From Methanothrix sp. (lineage in GTDB: Archaea; Halobacteriota; Methanosarcinia; Methanotrichales; Methanotrichaceae), in NCBI GenBank assembly GCA_040770465.1, contig JAXGJB010000017.1, positions 1 to 46,716 of the forward strand: a stretch of 46,716 nt of DNA, written 5' to 3'. The notes under the pieces were generated by a model. That model was not told the origin of the DNA. It worked only from the letters and a program-made list of their open reading frames with translations, and searched no databases. A program made the position numbers and the translations under genes. Each line of letters starts with the position of its first letter. Positions within the stretch are counted from its first letter, which is position 1. Shown here piece by piece: positions 18,512 to 28,105 of the stretch.

Positions 18512-21255
18512 CCCGCATCCCTCAGCCTCTTCTGGTACTCTGAGAGCCTGTTCAACGCCTCGATGGGGGTGACGGCGTTGAGGTCCAGGTCTCTTATCTC
18601 AGCCAGCATCTCGGAATTTTCATCGAGGCCGTCCGGCCCCTCCACCAGGAACCTCCCCTCGTCACCAGTGTTGTTGCCGTCTTCCTGATCGCCGCCGATG
18701 GTGACGTTTGCTGCCATTTTTGCCGCCCCCTGATCATCGTCGGTCTCACCTTCGCCATCTTCGGATCTTGATCGGGGCTCGTCGAAGAATATCAGCTGGG
18801 TGTACTTCGGCCCCTTCCTCCTCGACCGGGGGCAGTTTCCCAGAGGCTCGATCACCGCCTCCCGCTCGATCTCCCGGAGGATCTCTTTGGCCCTTGCCAC
18901 CACCTCCCCGGGGACGCCCGCAAGGCTCGCCACGTGAATCCCGTAGCTCCGGTCGGTGGCGCCGGGGACGACGGTTCGGAGGAAGACGACCGAGTCCCCC
19001 TCCTCTTTGACGGCCATGTTGTAGTTCTTGACCCCTGAGAGGATCCCCGCCAGCTGAGTGAGCTGATGGTAGTGGGTCGCAAAGACCGTCTTTCCTCGAA
19101 CTTTGTTGTGGATGTATTCTGTGATCGACCAGGCGATGGCGAGCCCGTCGAAGGTGCTCGTCCCCCGACCGATCTCGTCGAGGAGGATGAGGCTCCGGGA
19201 GGATGCTGAGCCGAGGATCTTGGCCAGCTCCGTCATCTCGATCATGAAGGTGCTCTGCCCAGCCGAGAGGTCGTCGTAGGCCCCGACCCGGGTGAAGATC
19301 CTGTCGACGGGGGAGATGGAGGCGAAGGCGGCGGGGACGAAAGAGCCCATCTGGGCGAGGATGACGGCGAGGGCGATCTGCCTCATGTATGTGGACTTTC
19401 CGGCCATGTTCGGGCCGGTCAGGATCAGGAACCGATTGCCAACGCCGTCGAGGTGGACGTCGTTTGGGACATAGCCCCCTCTCATCGCCCTATCCAGGAT
19501 CGGATGGCGACAGCCCCTCATGGAGATCTCCCCCGAGCCGTTCAGCCTGGGCCTCGAAAATTCGCTCTCCACCGCCACTACGGCCAGGGTGACGAAGACG
19601 TCGAGCTCCCCCAACGCCGCGGCCCTCTCCTGGATCTCCCGGGCGCGGCCTGCCGCCGCGGCCCTGACCTTCAAAAATAGCTCTTCTTCCAGGGACGACG
19701 ACCTCTCCTGGGCGGAAAGAACCTTTGACTCCATCTCCTTCAGCTCCGGGGTTATGAACCGCTCGCCGCCAGCCAGGGTCTGCTTTCTTATGTACTCGGC
19801 GGGGACGGCGGATAGGTTCGCCTTGGTCACCTCGATGTAGTAGCCGAAGACGTTGTTGTACCCCACTCGCAGGGACTTGATCCCGGTCCTACTTCGCTCG
19901 TCCCGCTCCATCCTCGCGATCCAGCCCCTCCCATCCCGCAAGGTAGACCTCAGCTCGTCCAGCTCGGGGTCGTACCCGTCCCGGATGATCCCCCCCTCCC
20001 GGATCGTCGAGGGGGGATCTTCTCTGATCGCCCTTCCGATCAGATCCATCACCTCTTTGAGGGTCCCCGAATCGAGCCGCTCTCTGAGGTCTGAAAGCCT
20101 GCTGGACCCGGCATCCGAGAGGAGCTGGACGATCCGGGGGAGCCGCTCGATGGAGGACTTCAGCGCCACCATGTCTTTTGGCGAGGCGGTCCCGCAGGAG
20201 GTCCGGGCAGTCACCCGCTCCAGGTCGCCGATCCCCTTGAGGGCGTCCCTGAGATCCGACCTCAGGAGAGAATCGGCCGCCAGCTCCTCGACGACGTCGA
20301 GGCGGCCCTCGATCTCCTCTGGGGAGATGAGGGGCATCTTCAGCCACTTCGCGAGGGTCCTCGACCCACCGGGGGTGGATGTCTGATCGAGGAACTCTAT
20401 CAGCGATCCGCGTTTGGACCGGTCCCTGATGTTCCTGAAAAGCTCCAGGTTCCGCAACGTCGTCTCGTCCAGGACCATGAACTCGGCGGGCGAGTAGAGC
20501 CTGATCTCGGCGATGTGGTCTAGTGCCGTGAGGTGGGCCGATCCGAGGTAGGAGAGGACGGCGCCGCATGCCCTTGCCGCCGCATTCATATCAGCCAAGG
20601 CCGACACCTCGGAGCCGAAGTGGTCGGCGAGGCGGCCCCTCGCTTTGGCGAGGTCGAAGTCTACGTCGTCGAGCCTCTGGACCGCCATCCCCTCTCCATC
20701 GCCGAGGATGGTGTCGGCGGATTTTGGGATTATGCACTCGGCGGGCCGAAACTTCGCCAGCTCCGAGGATAGTTTGGCCGGGTCGGCCGGGATCTCCGTC
20801 GCGAGAAACTCGCCGGTGGAGACGTCGAGAAAGGAGAGTCCGATCTTCCCGTCCTCCTCGACGACCGACGCCAGGTAGTTGTTCGACCCCTCATCCAGCA
20901 TCGAGGGCTCGATGATCGTCCCCGGGGTGATCACCCGGATGATCTCCCTTTTGACGAGCCCCTTCGCCTTCTTTGGGTCCTCGGTCTGCTCGCAGATGGC
21001 GACCTTGTAGCCTGCGCCGACGAGCTTGGGAAGGTAGGCGTCGAGGGCGTGGTAGGGTATCCCGGCGAGGGGGATCCGGTTTCCCTCTTTGTCTTTCTGC
21101 CTTGAGGTGAGGGTGATGTTGAGAACCCGGGCCGTGATCTCGGCGTCGCCCCCGAAGGTCTCGTAAAAGTCGCCCATCCTGAACAGGAGGACGGCGTCGC
21201 CGCACTTCTCTTTCATCCCGAAGTACTGGTCCATCAAAGGTGAGATCTTGGCCAT
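18508..21255 (-). CDS. mutS: DNA mismatch repair protein MutS
   Basis: FRMGDFYE, TGPNMAGKST, STFMIEM, DEIGRGTST, ATHYH, SYGIHVA; 4-nt overlap with mutL. Confidence 0.98.
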   Translation of the reverse strand: MAKISPLMDQYFGMKEKCGDAVLLFRMGDFYETFGGDAEITARVLNITLTSRQKDKEGNRIPLAGIPYHALDAYLPKLVGAGYKVAICEQTEDPKKAKGLVKREIIRVITPGTIIEPSMLDEGSNNYLASVVEEDGKIGLSFLDVSTGEFLATEIPADPAKLSSELAKFRPAECIIPKSADTILGDGEGMAVQRLDDVDFDLAKARGRLADHFGSEVSALADMNAAARACGAVLSYLGSAHLTALDHIAEIRLYSPAEFMVLDETTLRNLELFRNIRDRSKRGSLIEFLDQTSTPGGSRTLAKWLKMPLISPEEIEGRLDVVEELAADSLLRSDLRDALKGIGDLERVTARTSCGTASPKDMVALKSSIERLPRIVQLLSDAGSSRLSDLRERLDSGTLKEVMDLIGRAIREDPPSTIREGGIIRDGYDPELDELRSTLRDGRGWIARMERDERSRTGIKSLRVGYNNVFGYYIEVTKANLSAVPAEYIRKQTLAGGERFITPELKEMESKVLSAQERSSSLEEELFLKVRAAAAGRAREIQERAAALGELDVFVTLAVVAVESEFSRPRLNGSGEISMRGCRHPILDRAMRGGYVPNDVHLDGVGNRFLILTGPNMAGKSTYMRQIALAVILAQMGSFVPAAFASISPVDRIFTRVGAYDDLSAGQSTFMIEMTELAKILGSASSRSLILLDEIGRGTSTFDGLAIAWSITEYIHNKVRGKTVFATHYHQLTQLAGILSGVKNYNMAVKEEGDSVVFLRTVVPGATDRSYGIHVASLAGVPGEVVARAKEILREIEREAVIEPLGNCPRSRRKGPKYTQLIFFDEPRSRSEDGEGETDDDQGAAKMAANVTIGGDQEDGNNTGDEGRFLVEGPDGLDENSEMLAEIRDLDLNAVTPIEALNRLSEYQKRLRDAG

Positions 21256-21359
21256 GGGCTATCCGAGGCTGATGGGACCTCGCCGGTCATATCGGTTTCG
21301 GCTCACCAGACGGGAAAAAGAATTTGGGTCGGCCCAATCCCGGATCGCCTTCGGGGAAC

Positions 21360-21731
21360 TTAACCCTGGAATCCCCATCCGGAGTAGTAGTATCGAGGAT
21401 AATAGAACTGGCAGTCGCAGTCGCTGAACGGATGGCAGACCCTGAAGGGACGGATGTGGACCCCGGTCCAGTAGTGGTATCCCGAAAAGGGGAATCCCGG
21501 CCTGAAGATTGTGTAGAATTTTGGGTGGCTCTCGCCGAATGACGGCCCCTGCTGCGAATCGCCCCTCGGCCAGGGATCGCCCCCCACCCAAGGGCCTCCG
21601 ATGCCTCGATCAAACCGCGCCTCTGCCGCGGCCTCTCCCGGCCGCATCTCAACGCCGTTTTCAAAATCCAGCGCCACGCTCCACCCCACCAGGAAGATGA
21701 TGAGGCCCAATGATAACATTATTTTTTTCAT
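21360..21731 (-). CDS. Small secreted aromatic-rich hypothetical protein
   Basis: MKKIMLSLGLIIFLVGWSVA signal peptide downstream of GGAG; C-terminus has CHPFSDCDC and YYPRYYYSGWGFQG. Confidence 0.6.
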   Translation of the reverse strand: MKKIMLSLGLIIFLVGWSVALDFENGVEMRPGEAAAEARFDRGIGGPWVGGDPWPRGDSQQGPSFGESHPKFYTIFRPGFPFSGYHYWTGVHIRPFRVCHPFSDCDCQFYYPRYYYSGWGFQG

Positions 21732-22006
21732 CCCCGCTGCATCTCCTTTTATATCCACTATTTTCGATTCTGCAAAGGAGGCTGGTTCTCCCCGCTGAGA
21801 AATTACGCTCTCTGAGAATAAGAATTTATCTTTATTTCAGCGGGATCACGAGGATGACCCGTCGGTCTATCTTTAATCGATCAAATCGATCGGCAGCAAC
21901 GACCCCGTCATCCAGACCTCCATTCATCCGGACCTCCCTTCATCCGATCCCCTGCCATCCGGACCTCGGACGCCCGTTTCTACCCCATGTCCACAGTCCA
22001 GCGCGC

Positions 22007-23335
22007 CTAGTCCCGGCCTCGGGCCGATCTCTTCTCCAGGGAGAGGAAGGCCGCCACCGTGGCGATCGTCATGCATATCAGCATAAGCCGCCACAGGCCC
22101 TGGTAGGACTCAAGAGACCTGGTGGTGAGTACCAGGCCGGATACCTGCTGGAGGATCGCCCCGCCGGCGAAGGGGAAGATGTTGAGGGCGGCGGTGCTGG
22201 TACCGGCCATGGATATCGGAAATAGCTCCTTGATCTGAGCAAAGCTCACCACGAGGACCCCGCCGAAGAAGCCGAAGACGAAGTTCATCGCCATATAGGC
22301 ATAGGTGCTGGTGATATCGCCGGCAGTCGTCCATATCACCGCCCATACCATGGTGTACGCCGCGGTTCCGGCGATCAGAACCCACCTCCTGGACTTCAGG
22401 ATCTTGTCGGAGATGTATCCGGCGACGGGGCAGCCGCAGATCATCCCAACCCCGATGAAGGAGAGGACGAGGCCGACTGTGGCCTTATCCCAACCCAGGA
22501 CGTCCGCGAAGAAGGGGCCGGCCCAGAGCCCCTGATAAACCATCATGCTGCCGTACATGAAGAAGAACCATACCGCCAGGGGCCAGAACTTCCTCCCCGA
22601 TCCGAAGGTCATCTTCAGGGCCTCGCCCATGGGTATCCTCTCATCCGTCCCAGCGTCGGAGGCCGAGGCCGACCAGACCCTCTCTCCCGCCTCGATCTCC
22701 TGGATGCTGGGAAGTCCCATGTCGATGGGCCGGTCCCGGGCGATTGTCCAGGCAGCGGCCGCCAGGAGGACGGTGATCACCCCCAGGATGAGAAAGACCC
22801 GCTGCCAGCCCAGGGCGGCGGAGAGGAGGGACAATGGGCCCGCCGCGCTGAGGGCGCCGACGTTTCCCACCGCGATCAGGATGCCGGTGAGGGAGGCGAA
22901 CTCGTTATTCCGGTACCAGGTGGAGAGGATCTTCATGGTGGGGATGTAGACCATGGCCGCCCCGACGCCGATGAGGATGCGGCCGACGACGACCAGCTCG
23001 AAGGTGGAGGCAATCCCGGTGAGGACGGCTCCCGCGGCCGCCACCAGGGTGAAGATGCTCACCGTTTTGCGAGGCCCGAGGCTGTCGGTCAGAAGCCCAG
23101 ACGGAAGCTGCATGACGGTGTAGGCGTAAAAGTAGGCCGAGCTCAGGAGGGCGATGGAGGCGGCGTCCACCCCGAAGGTGGCCTCCAGGTCGGAGGAGAC
23201 CACCGCCGTGGAGACCCTGTGGAAGTAGACGAAGAAGTAGGCGACGGCCAAAATCCCGAAGACCGCCCATCGATATCTCAGGACCTTATAGACATCGTTT
23301 TTTTCAGGCATCATCGTCGCATCCCTCTCGATCAT
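22007..23335 (-). CDS. MFS transporter
   Basis: 12-TM pattern, GLLTDSLGPRK motif A, YRW.VF...YF.VYFHR start. Confidence 0.93.
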   Translation of the reverse strand: MIERDATMMPEKNDVYKVLRYRWAVFGILAVAYFFVYFHRVSTAVVSSDLEATFGVDAASIALLSSAYFYAYTVMQLPSGLLTDSLGPRKTVSIFTLVAAAGAVLTGIASTFELVVVGRILIGVGAAMVYIPTMKILSTWYRNNEFASLTGILIAVGNVGALSAAGPLSLLSAALGWQRVFLILGVITVLLAAAAWTIARDRPIDMGLPSIQEIEAGERVWSASASDAGTDERIPMGEALKMTFGSGRKFWPLAVWFFFMYGSMMVYQGLWAGPFFADVLGWDKATVGLVLSFIGVGMICGCPVAGYISDKILKSRRWVLIAGTAAYTMVWAVIWTTAGDITSTYAYMAMNFVFGFFGGVLVVSFAQIKELFPISMAGTSTAALNIFPFAGGAILQQVSGLVLTTRSLESYQGLWRLMLICMTIATVAAFLSLEKRSARGRD

Positions 23336-23638
23336 CGGACCTGACTGTTGGCCCTTCGACCATGGATTAGCTCGTTTTTATCAGTTAAAGGTAGCGAAGA
23401 TATTCAAGGATTTCAAAAAACCCTTCGGGTCTTCTCAACGGAGACGGTTTAAAAAGAGTGCGCCTTTATCGCATCCTGACCTGGCCCTTAGGTCGGGCTC
23501 GGCGCGGAACAGGATAAAAAGATGATTGATCCCCGGCAAAGGCCGCCGGGGTCAGAGCTGATCCGCCTGCGATTCGATTTCGCAATTTTCGGGCGTCATT
23601 CGCCCATTACAAAGCATCGACGATGGCGTCGGCCTCAA

Positions 23639-23953
23639 TTACCAGCCAAATCCCCACGGCCACCAACTCCAATATCCCCACGGTCTCCAGTATCCCCACG
23701 ATACGTAGCTCCATGAGCGATATACTGGCTGTTGGCGTACTGGAGGCTGCTGGTAAGGTTGATGGTATCCTGGTGCGTGGTCTCCTGTCGGATGGCCGCC
23801 TGGATGGTGTCCCGATCCTACTTGTTGATGCCCTGCTGTTTCATCTCGCGGTCCAGTTGGTTGCCCCCATGGGGTCGCAACACAAACGGATGCTGCTACC
23901 AAAAAAAACAAAGCGAATAACAGCACCAATTCGGGAACTATGCGCCTTTTCAC
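23639..23953 (-). CDS. Small secreted G/H/P/Q-rich, Trp-rich hypothetical protein
   Basis: GGAGTGA SD; MKRRIVPELVLLFALFFLVAASVCVA signal; WGYWRPWGYWSWWPWGFGW C-terminus. Confidence 0.6.
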   Translation of the reverse strand: MKRRIVPELVLLFALFFLVAASVCVATPWGQPTGPRDETAGHQQVGSGHHPGGHPTGDHAPGYHQPYQQPPVRQQPVYRSWSYVSWGYWRPWGYWSWWPWGFGW

Positions 23954-24219
23954 TAATCTTCACTCCCCTTAACTTTCTGATCCAACCTTACCCCCATCGC
24001 TATTTAAAGAGGATGTTTATGTAGAAGTCATCTGAATCAGATGTAAAGAGAGCAGACCGGGACGAGTCGAGCGAGCCGCCTCGACACCGTCGCAGCATAA
24101 CGTTATGACGCCATTTTTTATCCGGAGATCTCGCGATCTTTCGGGCTGGACCATCTGCCTTTCGCCTTCAGGACATGCCATTTCGCTCTCGATCAGGAGG
24201 TCCTGGTGGTCGGCGATCT

Positions 24220-24453
24220 CTAAAACTTCAGCTCCATCCCCAGGATCGTCTCGGTGGAGGTGACGCCGATGATCTCCCGGACCTTGAGGACGATCATGTT
24301 CAGGTCGGCTATCCCCTCCACGTCGGCTATGGCGATGAAGTCCGTCTCCCCGTAGACCGGGACCACCTCCCGGACGCCTCTGATGGCGGAAAGGGCGTCG
24401 TAGACCGCCTTCTCAGACCCAGGCTCCGCGTTGATCATGATGAAACCTTTCAA
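24220..24453 (-). CDS. Stand-alone Lrp/AsnC ligand-binding (RAM) domain protein
   Basis: FIMINAEPG.E..V...L..I.GV.EV..VYGE.D.IA....I.GVTSTET; TTG start after GAGGAGG. Confidence 0.85.
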   Translation of the reverse strand: MKGFIMINAEPGSEKAVYDALSAIRGVREVVPVYGETDFIAIADVEGIADLNMIVLKVREIIGVTSTETILGMELKF

Positions 24454-24523
24454 CTTGAATCCCCTCCTCTTCCACCTCTTCAAGTTCTCGACTTTTTATA
24501 TTCAGATCCAACCTCACCCTATA

Positions 24524-25057
24524 TCAGCCTTCGCCGGGACGATCCGCACCGGTTCCGTCTGGGAAGACCCCGCCGAACTCCGCCCTGACGGCGACCTCCA
24601 TGATAACCCTCCTCAAGACCTCGATCTCCCTCTCGATGGAGATCGAGGGCTCCAGGTTCGCCGCATCCATCAAAGCCCCCAGTGCCTCCTCCAACAGGCC
24701 CATCCCCACCAGGACTGTGGCGAGGTTTCTGAAGTCCGAGGCCTCGGGCTCGTCGGTGATGATCATCTCGTAGACCTCGACGGCCTCATCGAACCTCTCC
24801 AATGCCCGGAGGACGAAGGCTTTGTTTCGCAGAGCTTCGCGGTTCTCGGCGTCGGCCGCGAGAGCCTGGTCGTAACAGACCAGAGCCTCCTCGGCCCGGC
24901 CCATCTGGAAGAGGGCGACGCCCTTGTTGTTCCAGGCGTCGGAGTTTTTGGGGTTGGTCTCCAGGACCTCGTCGAAATAGCCAAGAGCCTCCTCAAACTC
25001 GCGTCGCTTCACCCGGTCCATCCCCTTGTGGACGAGAATCTTCTCCTTCGACTTCAT
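24524..25057 (-). CDS. Tetratricopeptide repeat protein
   Basis: AWNNKGVALFQMGRAEEALVCYDQAL and neighbouring TPR units. Confidence 0.85.
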   Translation of the reverse strand: MKSKEKILVHKGMDRVKRREFEEALGYFDEVLETNPKNSDAWNNKGVALFQMGRAEEALVCYDQALAADAENREALRNKAFVLRALERFDEAVEVYEMIITDEPEASDFRNLATVLVGMGLLEEALGALMDAANLEPSISIEREIEVLRRVIMEVAVRAEFGGVFPDGTGADRPGEG

Positions 25058-25067
25058 GGGACCTGCC

Positions 25068-25394
25068 TCACATGTAGCCCTGGATGGGGGCGGACTCTTC
25101 GGACCCGGACTTCCTCCCGCCGGGCTTTTTGATCTCGCCGAACTGCCGCTCGTACTCTTTGATGTGGTTATTCAGCCAGTCGGCCAGCTCTTTTGCGGCC
25201 AGGGGCGATAGGATCAGCTCCGTCTCGACCTTCCGCTCCATGACGGTGAGCTGCTTGCCATCCTGGACGGTGGCCTTCGGCGAGTCGTTGTAGAAGGCGA
25301 TCCGAAAGTCGTAGGGGCTGTGGCCGCCGATCGCCCCCACGGCATAGATCTGCCTGTACTTCTCGCTCTTGGTGATCTCCAAAGCAAACTCCAT
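25068..25394 (-). CDS. DUF3467-like protein (alternative start 25415)
   Basis: YA.GA.GG.SPYDFRI.F....LILSPLAAKEL..WL...I..YE..FGEI pattern. Confidence 0.75.
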   Translation of the reverse strand: MEFALEITKSEKYRQIYAVGAIGGHSPYDFRIAFYNDSPKATVQDGKQLTVMERKVETELILSPLAAKELADWLNNHIKEYERQFGEIKKPGGRKSGSEESAPIQGYM

Positions 25395-25480
25395 GTCGAC
25401 CGGGTTCCCCTTCAAGCTTAAAATAACTGGTGACTTGAGGGCTATGATCAGCGTCGGTTCAAATGGCCTCTATTAAAAGA

Positions 25481-27985
25481 TCATTTCTGCCAGAGGATGT
25501 GAGACTCCTCCATCGGGACGATCGCCTCGGGATGGCTTGGAACGACTCTTGGGGTATAATCGCTTGCCGGACGAGTGGCGGAAACATCAGCCGAGTACAG
25601 GTATCCATCCCCAGATCCCGAGATGGCTTCTCTTCTGATCATCTCAGATCTCGTCGGAGCATCGTCGTTCAGAGGATCCAGATACAGCTCCACCGATACG
25701 TCTTCCGGATCGAGCCTGCCGAAGTATACCTGGACCTCAAACCTCCATAAATCGTCGATCTTCTCGACCTTCAGATTCCCGAACCGGAGATCCTTCCAGC
25801 TTTCGTCGAGCCTCCGGTGCCACCCCACCAGCTCCGACGCCAATTTGGCGCCGTCAGCCGCCCTCCGCCGATACGCCTCCGCCCCAGGCAGATAGGCTTT
25901 CTCCGCGTACTCCCTCATCATACGGTGGCAGCTGAACCGTGGAGTAAGCCTGGACATGCTGGCTCTGACCCGTTTTATCCATGATCGAGGGACTCCGTCC
26001 TCGTCCCTCTCGTAAAAAGAGGGCACTATTTCCTCCACCAGGAGGCTGTAAAGCTGGTCTGCCTCGTGGGCGTCCCAGCCCGGATCGTCGTGGACGCTGC
26101 CGTCCCCCAGGCACCATCCCACCTCTGGAGAGTACGCCTCAGCCCACCAGCCGTCAAGCTCGGATAAGTTCAGGCCTCCGTTCACCAGAACCTTCATCCC
26201 GCTGGTGCCGCAGGCCTCCATAGGCCGGCGTGGGACGTTGATCCAGAGGTCTACGCCGGGCTCAAGCCGTCTTGCAAGAGCTATATCATAGTCCTCGAGA
26301 AAGACGACCCTTCCGGAGATCTCGGGCCGAGAGGCGAACTCGGCCATCATCCGGACGAAGCGCTTGCCCAGAGCGTCGCCTGGATGGGCTTTTCCTGCAA
26401 CGATGAGCTGGGTCGGCCTCTCTTCGTCCAGAAGGATCCTCTCCAATCGATCGGGGTCCTTTATCAAGAGATCCGGACGCTTGTATGCCGCAAATCTTCT
26501 GGCAAAGCCGATGGTCAAAATCTCAGGGTCCAGCACCTCAGAAGCCCTCTCGACGACCTCCTCGGGAGCGTTGTGCTCCTTCGCCTGCCGGGCGAATCGG
26601 CGTCTTACATACTCGATCATCGATCTTTTGGCCTCGCGCCTGAAGCGCCACAGATCATAATCATCGATATCGGAGAGTGCGTCCCACGGGGTTCCTGCGG
26701 GAGCAGACAGATGATACTTCCCTATGGCACCCTCCCAGAGGTTTCTGGCCTTGGGTGAGTCCCAGGAGGGGATGTGAACCCCATTGGTAACATGATCCAC
26801 GGGCACCTCCCGTCGAGGCCATCGTTCGAAGAGGTGCTGAAAGATCTCGCGGCTCACAGAGCCGTGCAGTCTGCTCACACCGTTGGCATAACCGCTTCCT
26901 CTCATGGCCAAGTTCGCGGTTACAAGGTGCTCATCTCCGAGGATGCAAAACGCCTCCAGGATCTCTTCTAAGGAGATCCCAAAACCCTCGACGTACCTCT
27001 GGAGGTACTGCTTGACGAGGGACAGGTCGAACCCGCCTAAGCCCACGGGGGTGTGGGTCGTGAATACGTTGCCCGGCCGGGTCGCCTCCAGGGCAGTGGA
27101 AAAGGGAACGTTGGTCTTCTTCGAAAAGCTGTTGGCTCGAGCCAGAATGGCGAAGGCGGAATGACCCTCGTTGAGATGGCAGATCTCCGGGTCGATCCCC
27201 ATCTCCTCCAGGGCGTTCCAGCCTCCGATCCCCAGGGCAATCTGCTGGACGAGACTCCTCTCCTCCCCGGTCGGATAGAGGTTTGCGGAAATTCCTCTGT
27301 CCCAGGGCCTGTTCAGGGGATCGTTCGAGTCCAGAAGGTAGAGGTCGACCCTCCCCACCTTGGCCTGCCAAACCCGTAAAATGAGATCCCTTCCCGGCAG
27401 CTCGACCTTCGTCCTCAGCCAGCTTCCATCCTCTTTTTTGACCGGCACCACGGGGAGGCTGGTGGGGTCATTGTAGGGAAAGGCCTCTATCTGAGACCCG
27501 TCAGAGTTCAATATCTGCCGGAAGTATCCCTGCTGATAGAGGAGTCCCACCCCAGCCACCGGGACTCCGAGGTCGCTGGCGGTCTTGAGGTAGTCTCCCG
27601 CCAGGATCCCAAGCCCCCCCGAGTAGATGGGCAGCGCCTCGCTGAGGCCGAACTCCATGCTGAAATAGGCCACACTTTTCAGAGAGGGGTGACGGCAACT
27701 CTCGCCGAACCAGCAGGCCTCCTCGAGAAATACCTTCTTTCTTTCGAGAATGGAGTCAAGCTCCGCCTTAAAACCCTCGTCCTGAGCAACCTCTTCCAGC
27801 CGTTTCCGGGAGACGTTCTCCAGGATCATGTAGGGGTTGTTGGTGATCTCCCAGGCCTCGGGGTCCAGCATCTCCCAGATCTGATCGGTCATCTGGCTCC
27901 CGGTCCAGCGGAGGTCGAGGGCCAGGTCGTAAAGACCCTCGAGCCCTTCTGGAAGCCTCCTCTGAAATATGGGACGTATATCCAT
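25481..27985 (-). CDS. glgP: Alpha-glucan (glycogen) phosphorylase
   Basis: YFSMEFG, YSGGLGILAGD, HLNEGH, FARRFAAYKR, GKAHP, EACGTSGMK (PLP lysine). Confidence 0.95.
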   Translation of the reverse strand: MDIRPIFQRRLPEGLEGLYDLALDLRWTGSQMTDQIWEMLDPEAWEITNNPYMILENVSRKRLEEVAQDEGFKAELDSILERKKVFLEEACWFGESCRHPSLKSVAYFSMEFGLSEALPIYSGGLGILAGDYLKTASDLGVPVAGVGLLYQQGYFRQILNSDGSQIEAFPYNDPTSLPVVPVKKEDGSWLRTKVELPGRDLILRVWQAKVGRVDLYLLDSNDPLNRPWDRGISANLYPTGEERSLVQQIALGIGGWNALEEMGIDPEICHLNEGHSAFAILARANSFSKKTNVPFSTALEATRPGNVFTTHTPVGLGGFDLSLVKQYLQRYVEGFGISLEEILEAFCILGDEHLVTANLAMRGSGYANGVSRLHGSVSREIFQHLFERWPRREVPVDHVTNGVHIPSWDSPKARNLWEGAIGKYHLSAPAGTPWDALSDIDDYDLWRFRREAKRSMIEYVRRRFARQAKEHNAPEEVVERASEVLDPEILTIGFARRFAAYKRPDLLIKDPDRLERILLDEERPTQLIVAGKAHPGDALGKRFVRMMAEFASRPEISGRVVFLEDYDIALARRLEPGVDLWINVPRRPMEACGTSGMKVLVNGGLNLSELDGWWAEAYSPEVGWCLGDGSVHDDPGWDAHEADQLYSLLVEEIVPSFYERDEDGVPRSWIKRVRASMSRLTPRFSCHRMMREYAEKAYLPGAEAYRRRAADGAKLASELVGWHRRLDESWKDLRFGNLKVEKIDDLWRFEVQVYFGRLDPEDVSVELYLDPLNDDAPTRSEMIRREAISGSGDGYLYSADVSATRPASDYTPRVVPSHPEAIVPMEESHILWQK

Positions 27986-28105
27986 GGTTTCTCTACATCC
28001 AGTGAGCTTCTATTGTTATTATATCTTTTGGCAGTAAAGGCGTTTAGGCAGCAGATTGGTCGACGCGTCCAGGTGACGTCATCGAGGCCCATATCCCCCC
28101 CACTA

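Noticed and set aside
23470-23560. GC hairpins (e.g. CCCCGGC-aaaggcc-GCCGGGG) as a riboswitch upstream of the MFS gene
   Set aside because: No recognisable riboswitch consensus; short stems are expected at this GC content.
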